Assembly (NCBI GenBank): GCA_030264375.1 | Contig: JASCQW010000109.1 | Span: 69,119,362 to 69,183,361, forward strand | Direction of reading: 5' to 3' | Origin: Carcharhinus longimanus | Lineage: Eukaryota | Length of the DNA: 64,000 nucleotides | Part shown: piece by piece, positions 1-13,244 of the stretch | How positions within the stretch are numbered: position 1 is the stretch's first letter | How the letters are laid out: each line of letters begins with the position of its first letter | Notes under the pieces: generated by a model | Told to the model about the DNA's origin: nothing | The model's input: only the letters and a program-made list of their open reading frames with translations | The model's database searches: none | Made by a program: the position numbers and the translations under genes

Positions 1-299
1 TGGGATTTGAAGGGAAGACGATGACGTTGGGGGTCAGCCGTTGGAGGTTGCTGGGGGTGGGGAGGGGGGTGCGGTGGTGGCTGTGCGGGTGGGGAAGGTG
101 CATGTGTTTCAGGGGTCACAATAGTTGCGGTTCGGAGGTCATGGGGGCGGTTGTCGAACGTTTGTGGCGCTGGGGGGACTCAGGAATTGGGGATGTCCGA
201 AGGGTAGTTTCTTTGGTATTGCATCAGTTTGGGAAGAGGTTCAGCTGAGAGAATAATTGAATCCCGACAGTGCAGAAGGAGGCCAAGAAAACCACCTTT

Positions 300-2560
300 T
301 CTGCATTTCCATTTGAGCTTTGGTCTGCTTGAATCATATCACCTCTCATTCTTCTCAACCCCGGGCAATAAAAATACAGCTATTTAATATTTCTTCACTG
401 GACAATCCCTCATCTCAGGAAGTAAATTTCATGCACCTTTGTTGATCACCTTCTATGGAAAATGTACCTTTACATGGGTAAGGAGAAAGAAATTTCCCAT
501 ATTACTCCACATGTGGTTTCACCAATGTTCTATATAATTTCAGGGGAAAAAAAGTCATTGTGTTCTTATACTCAAAGCATCTTGTAAGACAGGCCAACAT
601 CCAATATTTCTTTTTAATTGCTTGCTGTATGTGCATTTTAGTTTTCAGTGCCTGATGAAAAAGGGCAGCCCAGTCCCGTTGAATTTCATGCTTCCGAATC
701 TCTCACCATTTAAAAAATAATCCGTGTTTCTGTTTCTCCTACTAAAGTGGATTACTTCATAATTCTCCACATTGTGCTTCAGCTGTCAATTTTTTGCCCA
801 TTCTGTTAGCCTCTCCAAATGCCCTTGAAACGTAGTTTCATTCAACTCGCAGCCAGTTTTGTGTTATTTGCTAACTTTACATCTAATATTACATTTACAC
901 CTTACCTATTCTGTTAGTTATGCCCTCAAAAAAACTCGAAGGTTGTGAAATGTGGTTTCATTTTCATAAAACCTTGTTGAGTGCATTCAATCGCACCACT
1001 GTTTTCTCACTGCTGTTATCAGGTTCTTTCTGAAAGCTTCTCGGATTTCTTGGCTGAAGGGTCTGGAGGCAAAGGACGCAGCCTCATAGTAAGGGGAAAG
1101 CAATTTAAGGAGGTATCCCTCCAGTCAGAGGATGCAGAATATTTGGACATCTCTGTCCGAGAGGGCTGTTAAGAGTCAATAGTTGGGTATGTGCTAGACT
1201 GTCATCTATAAGAATCTAGATAGTAGCACACTACTATTCATTAGTTTAAGTTCCTAGAGTTTCCTCTAACCCTTCTTAATTAGTGAGGTTACATGAACCA
1301 TCTCCCAATCTGCAGGAGCCATTTCACAATTCACGGAATATTGAAAATGACCATCAGTACCTCTATTACCTCTACAGCTACGTTTTTGACAACTCTGGGA
1401 TACAGATAAGTTCTATGGAATTTATCTGCCTTAAGTCGCAATAGTTTTTCTAGTACTTTCTTAAATTAATAGTTCAAATCTTGCAGTTCCTCATTTACAC
1501 TAGTCTGTTAATTCTATATTAATTTGCGACATGTCAAACATATCCCTCTGTGAAGACAGGCACAAAGTATTTGTTTATTTACCTGCTATTTCCTTGTTCC
1601 TCATTATAACTTCTCTTGCCTCGACTTGAAATGGCCCCATATTTGCTTTTGCTATGTTTTTCCTTTACATGCAACTGCAAAAGATTTTGCAGTCATGTTC
1701 TAAGTTTTCGCTAGCATGTTCTCTTTTATTTCCACTTTCTTCATCATTTATTTGTACTCCTTCGCAAAATTCTAAAATGCGCCAATTCTCGTGCTTATGA
1801 CATAGTGGCAACTTTATATGCTTCTTCCTTTGATCTTGCTTAATTCTGATTACTTTCATTCTCCACTGTTGGAGGACTTGTCTTGCAGAGTGTTTGTGCA
1901 TTAAATGAATGTATGTCTGTTGTAACCTACGTATTTGTTTTTTTTTAATTGTCAGCTGCTGGCATATTTTTTAACAGTTTCCCAATCTAGCCTAACGAAT
2001 ATAGCCCTCATATCTTCACTTTCCTTTGTTTAGATTTAAGGCTCTTGATTGAATTACATCACTCTGAAACTTAATGCCACTTTCTACCATACTTTTGTCA
2101 TTCCTTCCTGAAGGCTCGTTTATAAACAGATTGTTAATTATTCATTTAGATTGCATAATTATAGGTGTAAAATAATCAGTTCCCTTTTTGGTTCCTCAGT
2201 ACATTGCTCTTGAAAATCATTTTGTTTCAGTTGCAAGATATCATCCTTCACAGTATTGTTATAAACTTTATTTACCCAGTCTGTAGAATTTGAAATTCCA
2301 CCTAATTGCTATATTAGCCTTCTTAAACACAACTCCAATCTTCTGATGTGTATACTACCACTGCTGTTTGTTGGAATATAAAAACTCCCAGAAAATTTTC
2401 CTGCCTTTTACTTTTTCTTAGTTCCACCCAAACTGATTATGTCGTGATCTTTTGAATTAAGATATTCTTTTCACTACAATACTAATGTCCTCTTGAATTA
2501 CAGAACTACCCTTGCACGTTTTCCCAGCTTCCTGTCCTTTCTAAAGATCATATACCACTG
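300..2560 (-). mobile_element. Decayed CR1/L2-type LINE ORF2 fragments (RT and upstream region), with a short + strand LINE 3' piece near 1050-1220
   Basis: The pyrimidine-rich + strand resembles the reverse complement of the CR1 ORF2 pieces seen elsewhere in the window. No intact ORF. Boundaries approximate. Confidence 0.5.
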
Positions 2561-3261
2561 GATATTCAGGTACCAACTCTGGTTTACTTTTAGCACACAA
2601 AGTTGTAGCATTATGAATTGATTTAAATTGCTGTCAACCCTTTTAAAATGAAAAAAATAATCACACTTTGACATAAGACTTTGATTTAAGACTTGTAAGA
2701 AGTTTTAACCCAATGTCAGTCTAACTCGGGATCAATTATTTCTACATTGTAATCTACACTATCGAAATGGGACTTTCTCTCTCTCTGTCATGTGTGAATT
2801 TGTATCCGGATTAAAAGTCCCAAGTGTCTTCCAGCACATATTCTTGATTTTTGATGACATCTTAATTATTCCAAAACAAAATTTAAAAGGTCTGATACAT
2901 GTTGATCACCATATTAACATTACATCTCCTGCTCTCAAGCAGAAGCTAACAATTCATCTGCATGAAGTAAACAATTTTTTGAAGGTAAATTAAAGTATCT
3001 AAATCGTGACTATGCCATTGCATTATAGATCTTCAGTTCAGTTGCCAACTCATTAAACTTGCTAGAACTCTCATTACATTTGCGGTTATCTCAAAACACG
3101 AAACAAGCTCCACTCTGCTCGAGAGGAAATGCATTAATGCATCAGCCTAAAAGCTCAAGGTGCTATCAGAGAGCGCCACCTCCTCACTAGTCTGCAAGGT
3201 ATGTTGCAAAGGCTGGTTAGAATTAAACAGAGGAAAACCCAGTTTTTTTTTATGAATCACA

Positions 3262-3650
3262 GATTCGTATAGTGCAAGAGAGACCCTCCGGCCCATCGCG
3301 TCTGCACGACATGCGAGAAGCGCCTGATCTCCCATTTAATCCCAGAACTTGGCTCACAGCCTGAATGTAATGAGGTACCAAATGTTCATCCAATCACTTT
3401 TTAAAGAATGTGAGGCAACTCGCCTCGACGACCCTGCCAGGCAACGCATTCCAGATCGTCACCGCCCTCTGGGTAAAAAGAACGTTTGTCCTCGCATCGC
3501 CCTCAACTTCTTGCCCCTAACCTTGAACCAATGTCTGCTCATGACTGGCCCTTCAGCTAAGGAAATCAGTTTCTATTTATCCACTTCGTCCATGCCGTTC
3601 ATAATCTTGTACACTCCAACAAGATCGCCCCTCAATCTTCTCTGCACCAA
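3262..3650 (-). mobile_element. CR1-like LINE 3' end fragment
   Basis: The start (gaatcacagattcgtatagtgcaagagagaccctccggcccatcg) is the reverse complement of the CR1 3' tail. It is followed by the typical 'ttccagatcgtcaccgccctctgggtaaaaag' block. Confidence 0.6.
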
Positions 3651-4419
3651 CGGGGTTTAGGCGCATGGAAAATTAGAAAATCAAAATTAAAGGAGAAGGT
3701 GGGAGCGCAGGTTAGTGATGAGGGGTATTGTTCCCAGAAATTAAAAGAAAGGGATGTTAATGTCATTTTGCAAGCAATTAAATAAGGACATGGAAATTTG
3801 ATTCTGGAACAAATTCGAAGTTTTTCTGCGGAGAGTATAGAGAACCAGCATTTCGTTTCGGATTGGCACTTCCTCGGAGTAACTTAAGCAGGAGATGCGC
3901 AGATGTTTGATTAGTGATGATTTGAAAGGTTATGAAGAATGTGCAGGAAAGTGAGTTGAGTGGAGATACGATCAACTATGATGATATTGAATGGATCAAA
4001 CGGCGGAATTCTCTATTCATGCTCCTCGTCCTTATGTTCTTATGTTATCAAGGAAATTATGGATGGGCAATCAATGCTGGCCTAGCCGGCAACGCCCATG
4101 GCAATGAAGTTAAAACATTCCCATTTGAAGCACCTAAAAGTTAAGTGTTCTTGGATGCTAAGTTCCAAAACTACAGAAATTTTGTTCCATTTCTCAACAA
4201 ATGACTTGTGCACATTAATGACTGGTCGTAGTTTCCCCAGAACTTTTGTATGATACTGCAGTATGCAACATAATCCACATTATTATCAAGCTTGTCTGCT
4301 AATTTTCATCCACAATTTGAGTAATATACTCAGGAAATGATTGAAGTCATTGAAAGGGACTATGTATCGAAATGCACTCCCCTGCTGATTTATTTTCATT
4401 CTCTGGATCACAAGAACAC

Positions 4420-7400
4420 AACCCAAGAAATAAAAGCAGCAGTAGGCCACCAGGACCTTCAAACGTGATCTGACATTCAATATAATCATGGCAGATCTTT
4501 TGTGGCCTCAACACATTTCCAATGCTATTTCCCCATAACCCTATATTCCTCCATCTATCAATATTTATCCACCTTCTCGTTTAGTACTTCTAATGATCTA
4601 GCCTCTGCACCACTTGGTTAGAGAATTCGAGAGATTCATCATCTCTGTGACAAGAAATTTCTGTGCAACTCAGATTTGAAGAACCAGTAGTCGACCTAAC
4701 AGCTCTGCTCCCTTGTTCGAGACTTTCCAATTCGTGAAAATATCTCACCGTCTGCCCTGGCAGCCCTCCTCAGTACCTCATATGTTTGAATTAGATCTCT
4801 CTTCACTCTTCTGCATTCCGAGGAATACAGACCCAGACTCTTCACTCTCTCTTGATAGTATTCCAATCTCAGGAATTAGCCTAGCGAATCTCCTTTGGAT
4901 CGTTTCCAATGTAGCGGTATAATAGTTTAAGGTAAGGTAACCAAAACTATCTGCAGTACTCCAGCTGAGGCCTCACCACCACCGTGTAGAGTTGCAACTA
5001 AACGTCCCTATTTTTATACANNNNNNNNNNCTAAAGGCAAATGTCATCTGCCGTCTTAACTCTGTTGGCTTGCCTGCCAACTTTGTGTAATTCATGCACT
5101 CAGACCACCTGGATCCCTTGCTACTTCACTTACCTGCAGCCTCTCTCCATTTAGATAATAACCTAACTTTTAATTCTTATCACAGAAGAACATGAACTCA
5201 GATTTCCCCACATTAAACTCCACTTGCCAGGTTTACATTCAGTCACCCAAACTCTCTATATCCCGTTGCAGATTGCCAATATCCTGATCAAAATATGTCC
5301 TCACACCTACCTTTGATTCATCAACAAATTTGGAAAGCTTACATGCTGATCCTTCCTGCAGGCCATTAATGCAAATAGTGAACAACTGTGGGCCAAAAAC
5401 TGATCCCTGTAGTACTCCACTAGTTATATCTTTGCATTCTAAAAATAAGTCATTTGTTCCAACTCTCTGTTAACAGCGAGCCCAATTCCCTGAGTTTTAA
5501 ATTCATTCGCCAACCCCTGAGGTGGCACCTTGACAAATGCCTTTTGAATATCTAAATATATTACATGTACAGGGTCCCTCTATCTATTCCCCCGTTTCAT
5601 CCTCAAAGAATTCGAGCAAATTTGCCAAACATGATTTAACTTTCATAAAACCATGTTGAATAGGTTTGATTCAGCATTCCAAAATGATTCACGATTTCCT
5701 TCTTAAGCATTGACTCCACAGAGGAAATTTACAGCCAGAAGGAGGTAATTCGGCCCATGTTGTCCATGCCAATCTAAGAGCAATCAGTTGCCCTTTCGAA
5801 TCCCATCTTCCTGCATCCGAACCTTAGCCCTGTAGCTTAAGGTGCAGATCCAGACATTTGTAAAAAGAGTTTAGCGTCTCTGTCTCCCCCAACAGCTCGG
5901 GGGGAGAATTCCAGACTTTTGCACCCTTTGCACAAAAAAGTTCTTTCTCATGTCCCTCTGCACCTACTATCACTTATCTTGAATCTACGAACTTTGGTTT
6001 TAGAATTCTCCACCAAGCGAGAGAATTTTATTCTGTCCACGCGATCCCTCGCAATTTTGTACACCTCTATCAACTCACCCCCAGCCTGCTCTGTTACAAG
6101 GAAAATAACCCCAACAGATCCAATGTCTCCTCGTAGCTACACGTTTCTAGCCATGGCAACATTCATGTAAACCTCCTCGACACTCTTTCCAAAGCAATTA
6201 CGTCCTTCCTGTAATATGATGACCGGTACTACAAACAAGACACTAGATGCGACCACATTAATGTTTCATACAATTCCAAGGTTACATTATACTTTAATAT
6301 TTTATATTTCTGCCAATAAAAGGAATCATCCCATGTGCTTTCTTCACAATGTTGTCTACGTGAGCTGCAATCTATAGTGACATTTGTACTTGTACGTCAA
6401 GAACTCTCACTTCATTACACTTCTTAGTGTATTCCCATTTATTGTCCATTCCCTGTTTGTTCTCCCTAAATGGATTACCTCACATGTCTCCATGTTAAAA
6501 TCCATTTGCCAATTTACCACCCACTTCTCCAAACCAACATTTTGTAGATAATAGTTTTTCTTTACACTATACATTATTCATCCAATCCTTATGTCATCTG
6601 CAGATTTTCTAATTGTGCATCACACGTTTGCATCCAAATCATAAGTATATAACACACATAGCAATGGTCCCAACACAGTTTCCCGTGCTGTGTTGTTCTT
6701 TATTCTTTGAAACATCTTTCCATTCACAAGAACATAGAACATTACCATTTGTTCCCTGTTACTAAACTAACTTTTGATCCAGTTCGCCACATTCCCCTGT
6801 AACCCATGGGCTTTTACTTTTTTTGACAAATCTGCATGTACGACTTTGTCACGTGTCTTGCTAAAATCCATGTATATGACGTTCCCAACACTGTCTTCAT
6901 CAACTCTTCTCATATCCTCAAATAATGCAATCACAATTGTGAGGCAAGACTGTCCTTTAACAAATACATGTTGATCATTCCCGACAAGTCCATTTCTTCC
7001 TACACAACAATTAATCCTCTCCCTCGGGACTGATTTACTACCAATGTAAGACTAACTGCCCTAAAATTGTTTGGTATTTTCTTTGATTCCTTTTCCAATT
7101 ATGGCAATAAGTTTGTGATCCTGCAGTCCTCTGGTCGCTCCACTTTATATAGTGAAATTTGGAAGATCATTCTAAGAGCATCTACCATTCCCTCCCTGAC
7201 TTTCTTCAGCAGCATTGGATGCAATCTATCTGGCTCATCAACTTTCACGGATTCCAATACTTCGAGTACTTTCTCCCTCTTTATCATTACCCCTCCAATA
7301 TCTCACAGTGTTCATCCAGGGCTACTAAATCTGCATCAGCCATTTCCTTTGTAAATATGGAGGTACAATATTCATTTAAACCCTTCCCACTGCTTCTGCA

Positions 7401-7930
7401 TCGACACACAAGTTCCCTTTTTCATCTCTGATACGTTCCATTTTTCCTGAACTAACCTATTAAAATTATTATATTGCTGAAACAATTTTGGGTTTTCTTT
7501 AAATTTACTTGGCAATCTTTTTACCATGCAGCCTCTGGGATTTCCTCATTTTCTTTCTAACTTCACTCTGCACTGCCTATTTTCACCTTGGCTATCTGCA
7601 GTGCATTGTTATTTGTGTATATCATACACTTTATTTTTTCTGTTTTATCTTTCCCTGTAAACAATGAGGAATGGGATCGGGTGGGGTCTAGATTTAACAG
7701 TAGAGCTTTCATGCTTGGAGGGGGCATCTGTACCTTGTAAGTGTGCCAGGACTGTGATTGCATTCATAGCCTTCACTATTAAGTCATTAAAATGGATTGT
7801 AAAAGGCTGGGGCCCAAGGACCAAACCCTGTGTCACTCCACTCGTTAATTCTTGCCATCCAGAAAAAAATAAACATTTATCCCGATTCTCTGTCTTCTGT
7901 CCCTCAGCCAATCGCCTATCCAAGCTAAGA
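4420..7930 (-). mobile_element. Several stacked or nested CR1-like LINE RT fragments
   Basis: Minus-strand translations give CR1 RT motifs: 'WQELTSGVTQGLVLGPQPFTIHFNDL' (7645-7923) and 'VKVDEPDRLHPMLLKKV...PEDCRITNLLP' (7099-7287). Confidence 0.75.
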
Positions 7931-8269
7931 AATTACCTATTATGTTCAATCGATCTGAAGCACTAATGATGGTTCCCGTCTTTGATTTATGGAATGATAT
8001 TTGGCCAAGACAATGCTGCGTATTTCTATGAATGATTCAAGCTTGGCCAGAATTTTATCAATATTTGCCGTCTCTTAGATAGAAATTTGCACCAATGACA
8101 ATGGTGACAGATGGACGGCAGTTTTTCTGACCCTCATTTCATCCCGGAGGTCTGCATAATATCTAATTTGGAGCTGATGACTTGGTGATTCAGAGAAAGC
8201 GAGGTTATTTGGTTTGAGCTAATATGCAACATCAGTGTCTTTCATCTCAAAAGAAAGTGACCTTTTCAC

Positions 8270-8775
8270 GAGGAATTATTTACAGGTGCAGCATAGAAAG
8301 CATCCTTTTCGGATGTATCATAACTTGGTATGGCTCCTGCTCTGACCTAGACCACAAGAAACTACAAAGTATTGTGCATGTAGCCCAGTCGTTCATGGAA
8401 ACCAACCTCCCATCCATTGACTCCATCTACACTTCTTACTGCCTCGGAAAAGTAGGCAGAACAATTAAGGACCCCACGCATCCTGGATTGATACTTAATC
8501 TTTCTCCACCCGGAGAAAAAGATACAATAGTCCATGAGCACGTACTAACTGACTCAAGAACAGCTTCGTCCCTGCTGCCATCAGGCTTTTGAATGGACCT
8601 AGTATATATTTCTCTTCATCCTTTCTATAAATGTAACACTATATTCTCCAGCCCCTCTTTTCCTTCACCCCAATGTACTCTATGGACGGCATGCTTTTGT
8701 CTGTATAGTGCGCAAGAAACAATGCTATTCATTGTATTCCACTCCATGTAACAATAATAAATGAAATCAAATCAA
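8270..8775 (+). mobile_element. Rex1/Babar-like non-LTR retrotransposon 3' fragment
   Basis: ORF 8224-8592 reads 'YRCSIESILFGCIITWYGSC...KKLQSIV..AQ....LPSIDSIY...IKDPTHPG', the characteristic Rex1 RT C-terminus. It ends in an aataataaat(gaaat/caaat) tail. Confidence 0.75.
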
Positions 8776-9366
8776 GCGTTTGGTGTCTTAACATTTAGAA
8801 GACGTTTGTTTCGGGCTGTGTGTCAAATTTATTTTAGCGCTATCAGTTACCAAACCATCTTCTACACATATTTTATTATTTTTGATCATTTACACTTCAG
8901 ATTTTTTTCCTTCTGTATTGTGATTATTATGATCACAGTTGCAATTATGAAATGGAAAAAAAAATTGTCATTTGCCCGTCGTGATTGTCATATTGCTCTT
9001 TCTATGGCAAAATCGGTAGGCGTTTGTAAATTGAATATGTAAGAATAACTTTAATTCGCTTAAGATTTCAAAAAAGTAGGACATTTCAAATGCTTATGCT
9101 CCGAACAAAATGTTTTTAAGTTAGCTTTGACGTAAGTCGTCAGAGGAAGTTATGCTCTCCAGTTGAGAAATAATGGAATTAGTAGGAAGTCAAACAGTTT
9201 CCGAAGTGCAAAAAGAATTAAGTAATAGTTTGCAATTTAATAATGTGCGTAATTTTCTGGATTTACTGCAGTAATGGCTGAGTATTCGGTAACAACACCT
9301 AAATATCATTAACGACATCAGACGACATATTCATTTTGCTAACATGCTGCTTTCAGGTGGTTTCAT

Positions 9367-9445
9367 TGTAATTATGGACAGAGACACTTTGTGTCGCTGT
9401 CTACCAATAAGGGATTGAAACGAAGCTGGAGATCCATCACCCATC
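9367..9445 (+). promoter_or_regulatory. Pcdh variable-exon promoter module: CSE (CGCT box, CTCF-type site), CCAAT and CACCC-like box
   Basis: TGTGTCGCTGTCTACCAAT at 9390-9408, about 240 bp upstream of ATG 9634. The same motif precedes all six exon starts and resembles the clustered-Pcdh conserved sequence element. Confidence 0.9.
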
Positions 9446-9633
9446 CCCCGGCAGGGGAAAGATGACGCAGACATTTTATCGAGCATCCAAATCGCGGAGT
9501 CAGCATCTCATTACGGCTCGAGTCTACAGGAACAAGTTATTAAAAGGTATTTTCGCCCTGTGGATACAAATATCTGAGTATTTTCGAGGGTATCTGATAT
9601 TTAGTAGGAGTAAATGCAGATCAGCGACATAAA

Positions 9634-12075
9634 ATGGAAAGAACAGCTTTGTCCTCCATTTTGCTGTTTTGTATCTGTCATCTCGTTTCTGGGCAGGTCC
9701 GATATTCCATTCCCGAGGAGCTGGAGCAAGGTACTTTTGTTGGGAATATCGCAAACGACTTGGGTTTAAAATTTAAAGAACTATCAGATCTTAGCTTGCG
9801 AATCATCTCTGATCCGCATCCACAGTATTTCGAAGTGAATTTGAACAATGGAATATTATTTGTGACCAAAAGAATAGATAGGGAACAGCTGTGTAAAGAC
9901 AGCCTTACTTGCGTTATTCCACTGGAGATAGTGACTGAAAACCCTGTGAATTTGTATCGTGCTGAGGTCGAAATTCTGGATATAAATGACAATTCCCCCA
10001 GTTTCCCTAATGGTGAGATTTATTTGGACATTTTTGAATCAACTTCACCGGGTATGCGCTTCCCCTTGGAAGACGCACGCGATCCTGATGTGGGTGTAAA
10101 TTCAGTACGTACGTACCAGCTCAGTTCAAACAAGCACTTCATTTTGGAGGTACAGACTCGCGGTGAACGCAAATTAGCGGAACTCGTCCTACAAAACGCA
10201 TTGGATCGAGAAAAAGAAGCCATGCATCATTTACTGTTAACAGCCATTGACGGTGGTTCACCAGAGAGATCTGGCACTGCTCGCATTACCGTTGCAGTTT
10301 TGGACGCAAATGACAACTCACCTATATTTCACCAGTCGTTGTACACGGTCAAATTATTGGAAAACATGCCGGTGGGTACTTTGGTGATCAAACTTAACGC
10401 AACCGACACGGATGAAGGACTAAATAGCGATATAGAGTATTACCTTAGTAAGTACAATCCCGATAAAGTGCGAAAGCTCTTTACCTTGGAGCGCACAACA
10501 GGAAATCTTCGAGTGAAAGCACTGATCGATTTCGAAGAAAATAAAAGTTTTGAGATTAACGTTGTGGCGAAGGATAAAGGCTCATATGCAGTGCCTGTGC
10601 ATTGTACTGTTTTGGTCAACATTGAGGATGTAAATGACAACGCCCCAGAAGTGAAGCTAATGTCAACATACAGCACAGTCCGTGAGGGTTCTCCAGTTGG
10701 AACTATGATTGCTGTGATTAGTGTAACTGATCTAGATTCAGGGGAAAATGGAAAAGCCAATTGTCATATTCCCAGTGATCTCCCGTTTCAACTGAAATCC
10801 TCTTTTAAGGATTCCTTCACTTTGGTCACCAGGGATATGCTGGACAGAGAAGTTGTATCTAAATATAATGTTGATATTTTGTGCAAAGACTCTGGGTCCC
10901 CTTCTCTCTCTACGAACAAAACAATAGTAATTCACGTAAGAGACATGAATGACAATCCACCGCGTTTTTCGCAACCTTCGTATCGGGGCTATATTATGGA
11001 AAACAACACTCCTGGGACTTCTATTTTTTCAGTATCTGCAATGGACTCAGACTTAGACATAAATGCACGTATTTCTTACTCTATAATGAACACAAGAATT
11101 AGTGGCGTTCCTGTTTTATCATATGTTTCTATTAGTTCAGAAAACGGTACTATTTATGCCCAACGTTCGTTTGATTATGAGCAGATGAAAAACATTCAGT
11201 TCCAAGTGCTGGCACAAGATGGTGGAATAGTATCACTGAGTGCCAACGTTACAGTAAACATGATTATCCTGGATCAGAATGACAATGCACCCGTAATCGT
11301 GTCGCCTTTGCCACAGAACGGTCTTCAGATAACTGTTCCACGATCTGCTGATCCAGGCTATCTGGTTACCAAGGTAATGGCAACGGATGCTGATTCAGGG
11401 CAGAATGCCCGTCTTTCCTTTCGACTTATTCAAGATGCAAACCCGGGAATTTTCATTGTTGGACAGAGTTCTGGGGCAGTCAAAACAATTCGCCGATTTG
11501 GAAATCACGATTTTACGGTGCAAACTCTCGTTATCATTGTGCATGACAATGGATATCCAGCTCTATCAACCTCTACAACTATAGAACTCTCCATAACGGA
11601 TACCATTGCAGAAGTACATTCTGACCTGAGGAGTGTACCACAAGCTGATGAATATTCGTCAGACCTAGCATTTTATATAATAATTTCTTTAGGTGGAATC
11701 ACATTCCTTCTTATGATTGGTGTAATTGTTCTCATTGCAATGATATGCCACACGGGCCGTGGCAGCCATCTCGCAAGCTGTTGCCATTCCGGGGGCAACA
11801 ACAAGAATAAGGAGTTCAGAAATCCACACATTAACTTTCAAATAGCAACGGACTCTAATGTAATTTCCAATTGCATTGAAGTTCGCGGAACAGGATCTCT
11901 TTGCCAAACGCACAGCTACAAGGTACCTTCAGAAGAAAGGACTTCCCAGGGTTCATCTTTGGTCTTTCAACAGTGCGGGCCTCCAGAATATAGAAATTAT
12001 GTTACCAATGTTGACAATGCTTTTTCGGAATGGATTGAGACGACAGCATATAATTTCGCCAATGACACTGATGTG
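9634..12075 (+). CDS. Clustered protocadherin variable exon (signal peptide, EC1-EC6, TM, variable cytoplasmic segment); 814 codons to the splice donor
   Basis: 837-aa ORF with QVRYSIPEE, the EC1 Cys-X5-Cys motif (CKDSLTC), six cadherin repeats with DRE/DYE, DxD and DxNDN motifs, and TM 'FYIIISLGGITFLLMIGVIVLIAMIC'. Phase-0 donor GTG|GTAAGA at 12076. The read-through stop is at 12147. Confidence 0.95.
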
Positions 12076-12575
12076 GTAAGATGTTCAGTGCAACAATTCA
12101 TGAATAACTATTATATTTGCTTATCACAGGATGATAAATGGCCATGACTGCATTTGGTCAACCATGACTTAATTGTCCTTGCTGTAACACAGTTAATAGA
12201 GAGAGGTGATGGCCACTTCATAACGTATTCAGCAGTATGGCTGTAAAACTCATATATGTTTGAATAAAGCAGCTTATGTGGCTTTTAGTGACTTATTTAG
12301 AAGATAGGAATTGCACACCTCTGCAGATTGTACGGTTACCATTGTTCAGAACAGTTCTTGCATGCAAATTAATTGCAGAGTAGGTTGTTTACTTATAATT
12401 TGTATGTTGGTACCATAAGCACTATTCTTCTTCCAGTCCTTTGTAATTTACTAAATGTAATTTTTGCTGTATTGTTTCGAGGAATATGATCGTCCTTGGC
12501 TACAGAAACATGCAAACAAAGGAAACAGGCATATTGGTGCATTGGGCAGTGAAGTGAACGATAAAGTTCAATGCA

Positions 12576-13244
12576 NNNNNNNNNNNNNNNNNNNNNNNNN
12601 NNNNNNNNNNNNNNNNNNNNNNNNNNNNNNNNNNNNNNNNNNNNNNNNNNNNNNNNNNNNNNNNNNNNNNNNNNNNNNNNNNNNNNNNNNNNNNNNNNNN
12701 NNNNNNNNNNNNNNNNNNNNNNNNNNNNNNNNNNNNNNNNNNNNNNNNNNNNNNNNNNNNNNNNNNNNNNNNNNNNNNNNNNNNNNNNNNNNNNNNNNNN
12801 NNNNNNNNNNNNNNNNNNNNNNNNNNNNNNNNNNNNNNNNNNNNNNNNNNNNNNNNNNNNNNNNNNNNNNNNNNNNNNNNNNNNNNNNNNNNNNNNNNNN
12901 NNNNNNNNNNNNNNNNNNNNNNNNNNNNNNNNNNNNNNNNNNNNNNNNNNNNNNNNNNNNNNNNNNNNNNNNNNNNNNNNNNNNNNNNNNNNNNNNNNNN
13001 NNNNNNNNNNNNNNNNNNNNNNNNNNNNNNNNNNNNNNNNNNNNNNNNNNNNNNNNNNNNNNNNNNNNNNNNNNNNNNNNNNNNNNNNNNNNNNNNNNNN
13101 NNNNNNNNNNNNNNNNNNNNNNNNNNNNNNNNNNNNNNNNNNNNNNNNNNNNNNNNNNNNNNNNNNNNNNNNNNNNNNNNNNNNNNNNNNNNNNNNNNNN
13201 NNNNNNNNNNNNNNNNNNNNNNNNNNNNNNNNNNNNNNNNNNNN
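12576..13244. other. Assembly gap (about 670 N)
   Basis: Run of N. The flanks look like + strand CR1 RT sequence. Confidence 0.99.

Noticed and set aside
1-250. G-rich segment with a 75-aa ORF
   Set aside because: Truncated by the window edge, low complexity, and no identifiable protein or RNA family. Probably part of a repeat.
9678-10974. Antisense ORFs over the Pcdh exons (also 30039-30323, 43682-44110, 48050-49670) that resemble each other
   Set aside because: Shadow frames of conserved cadherin codons. The similarity follows from the sense-strand paralogy, and there is no independent coding evidence.
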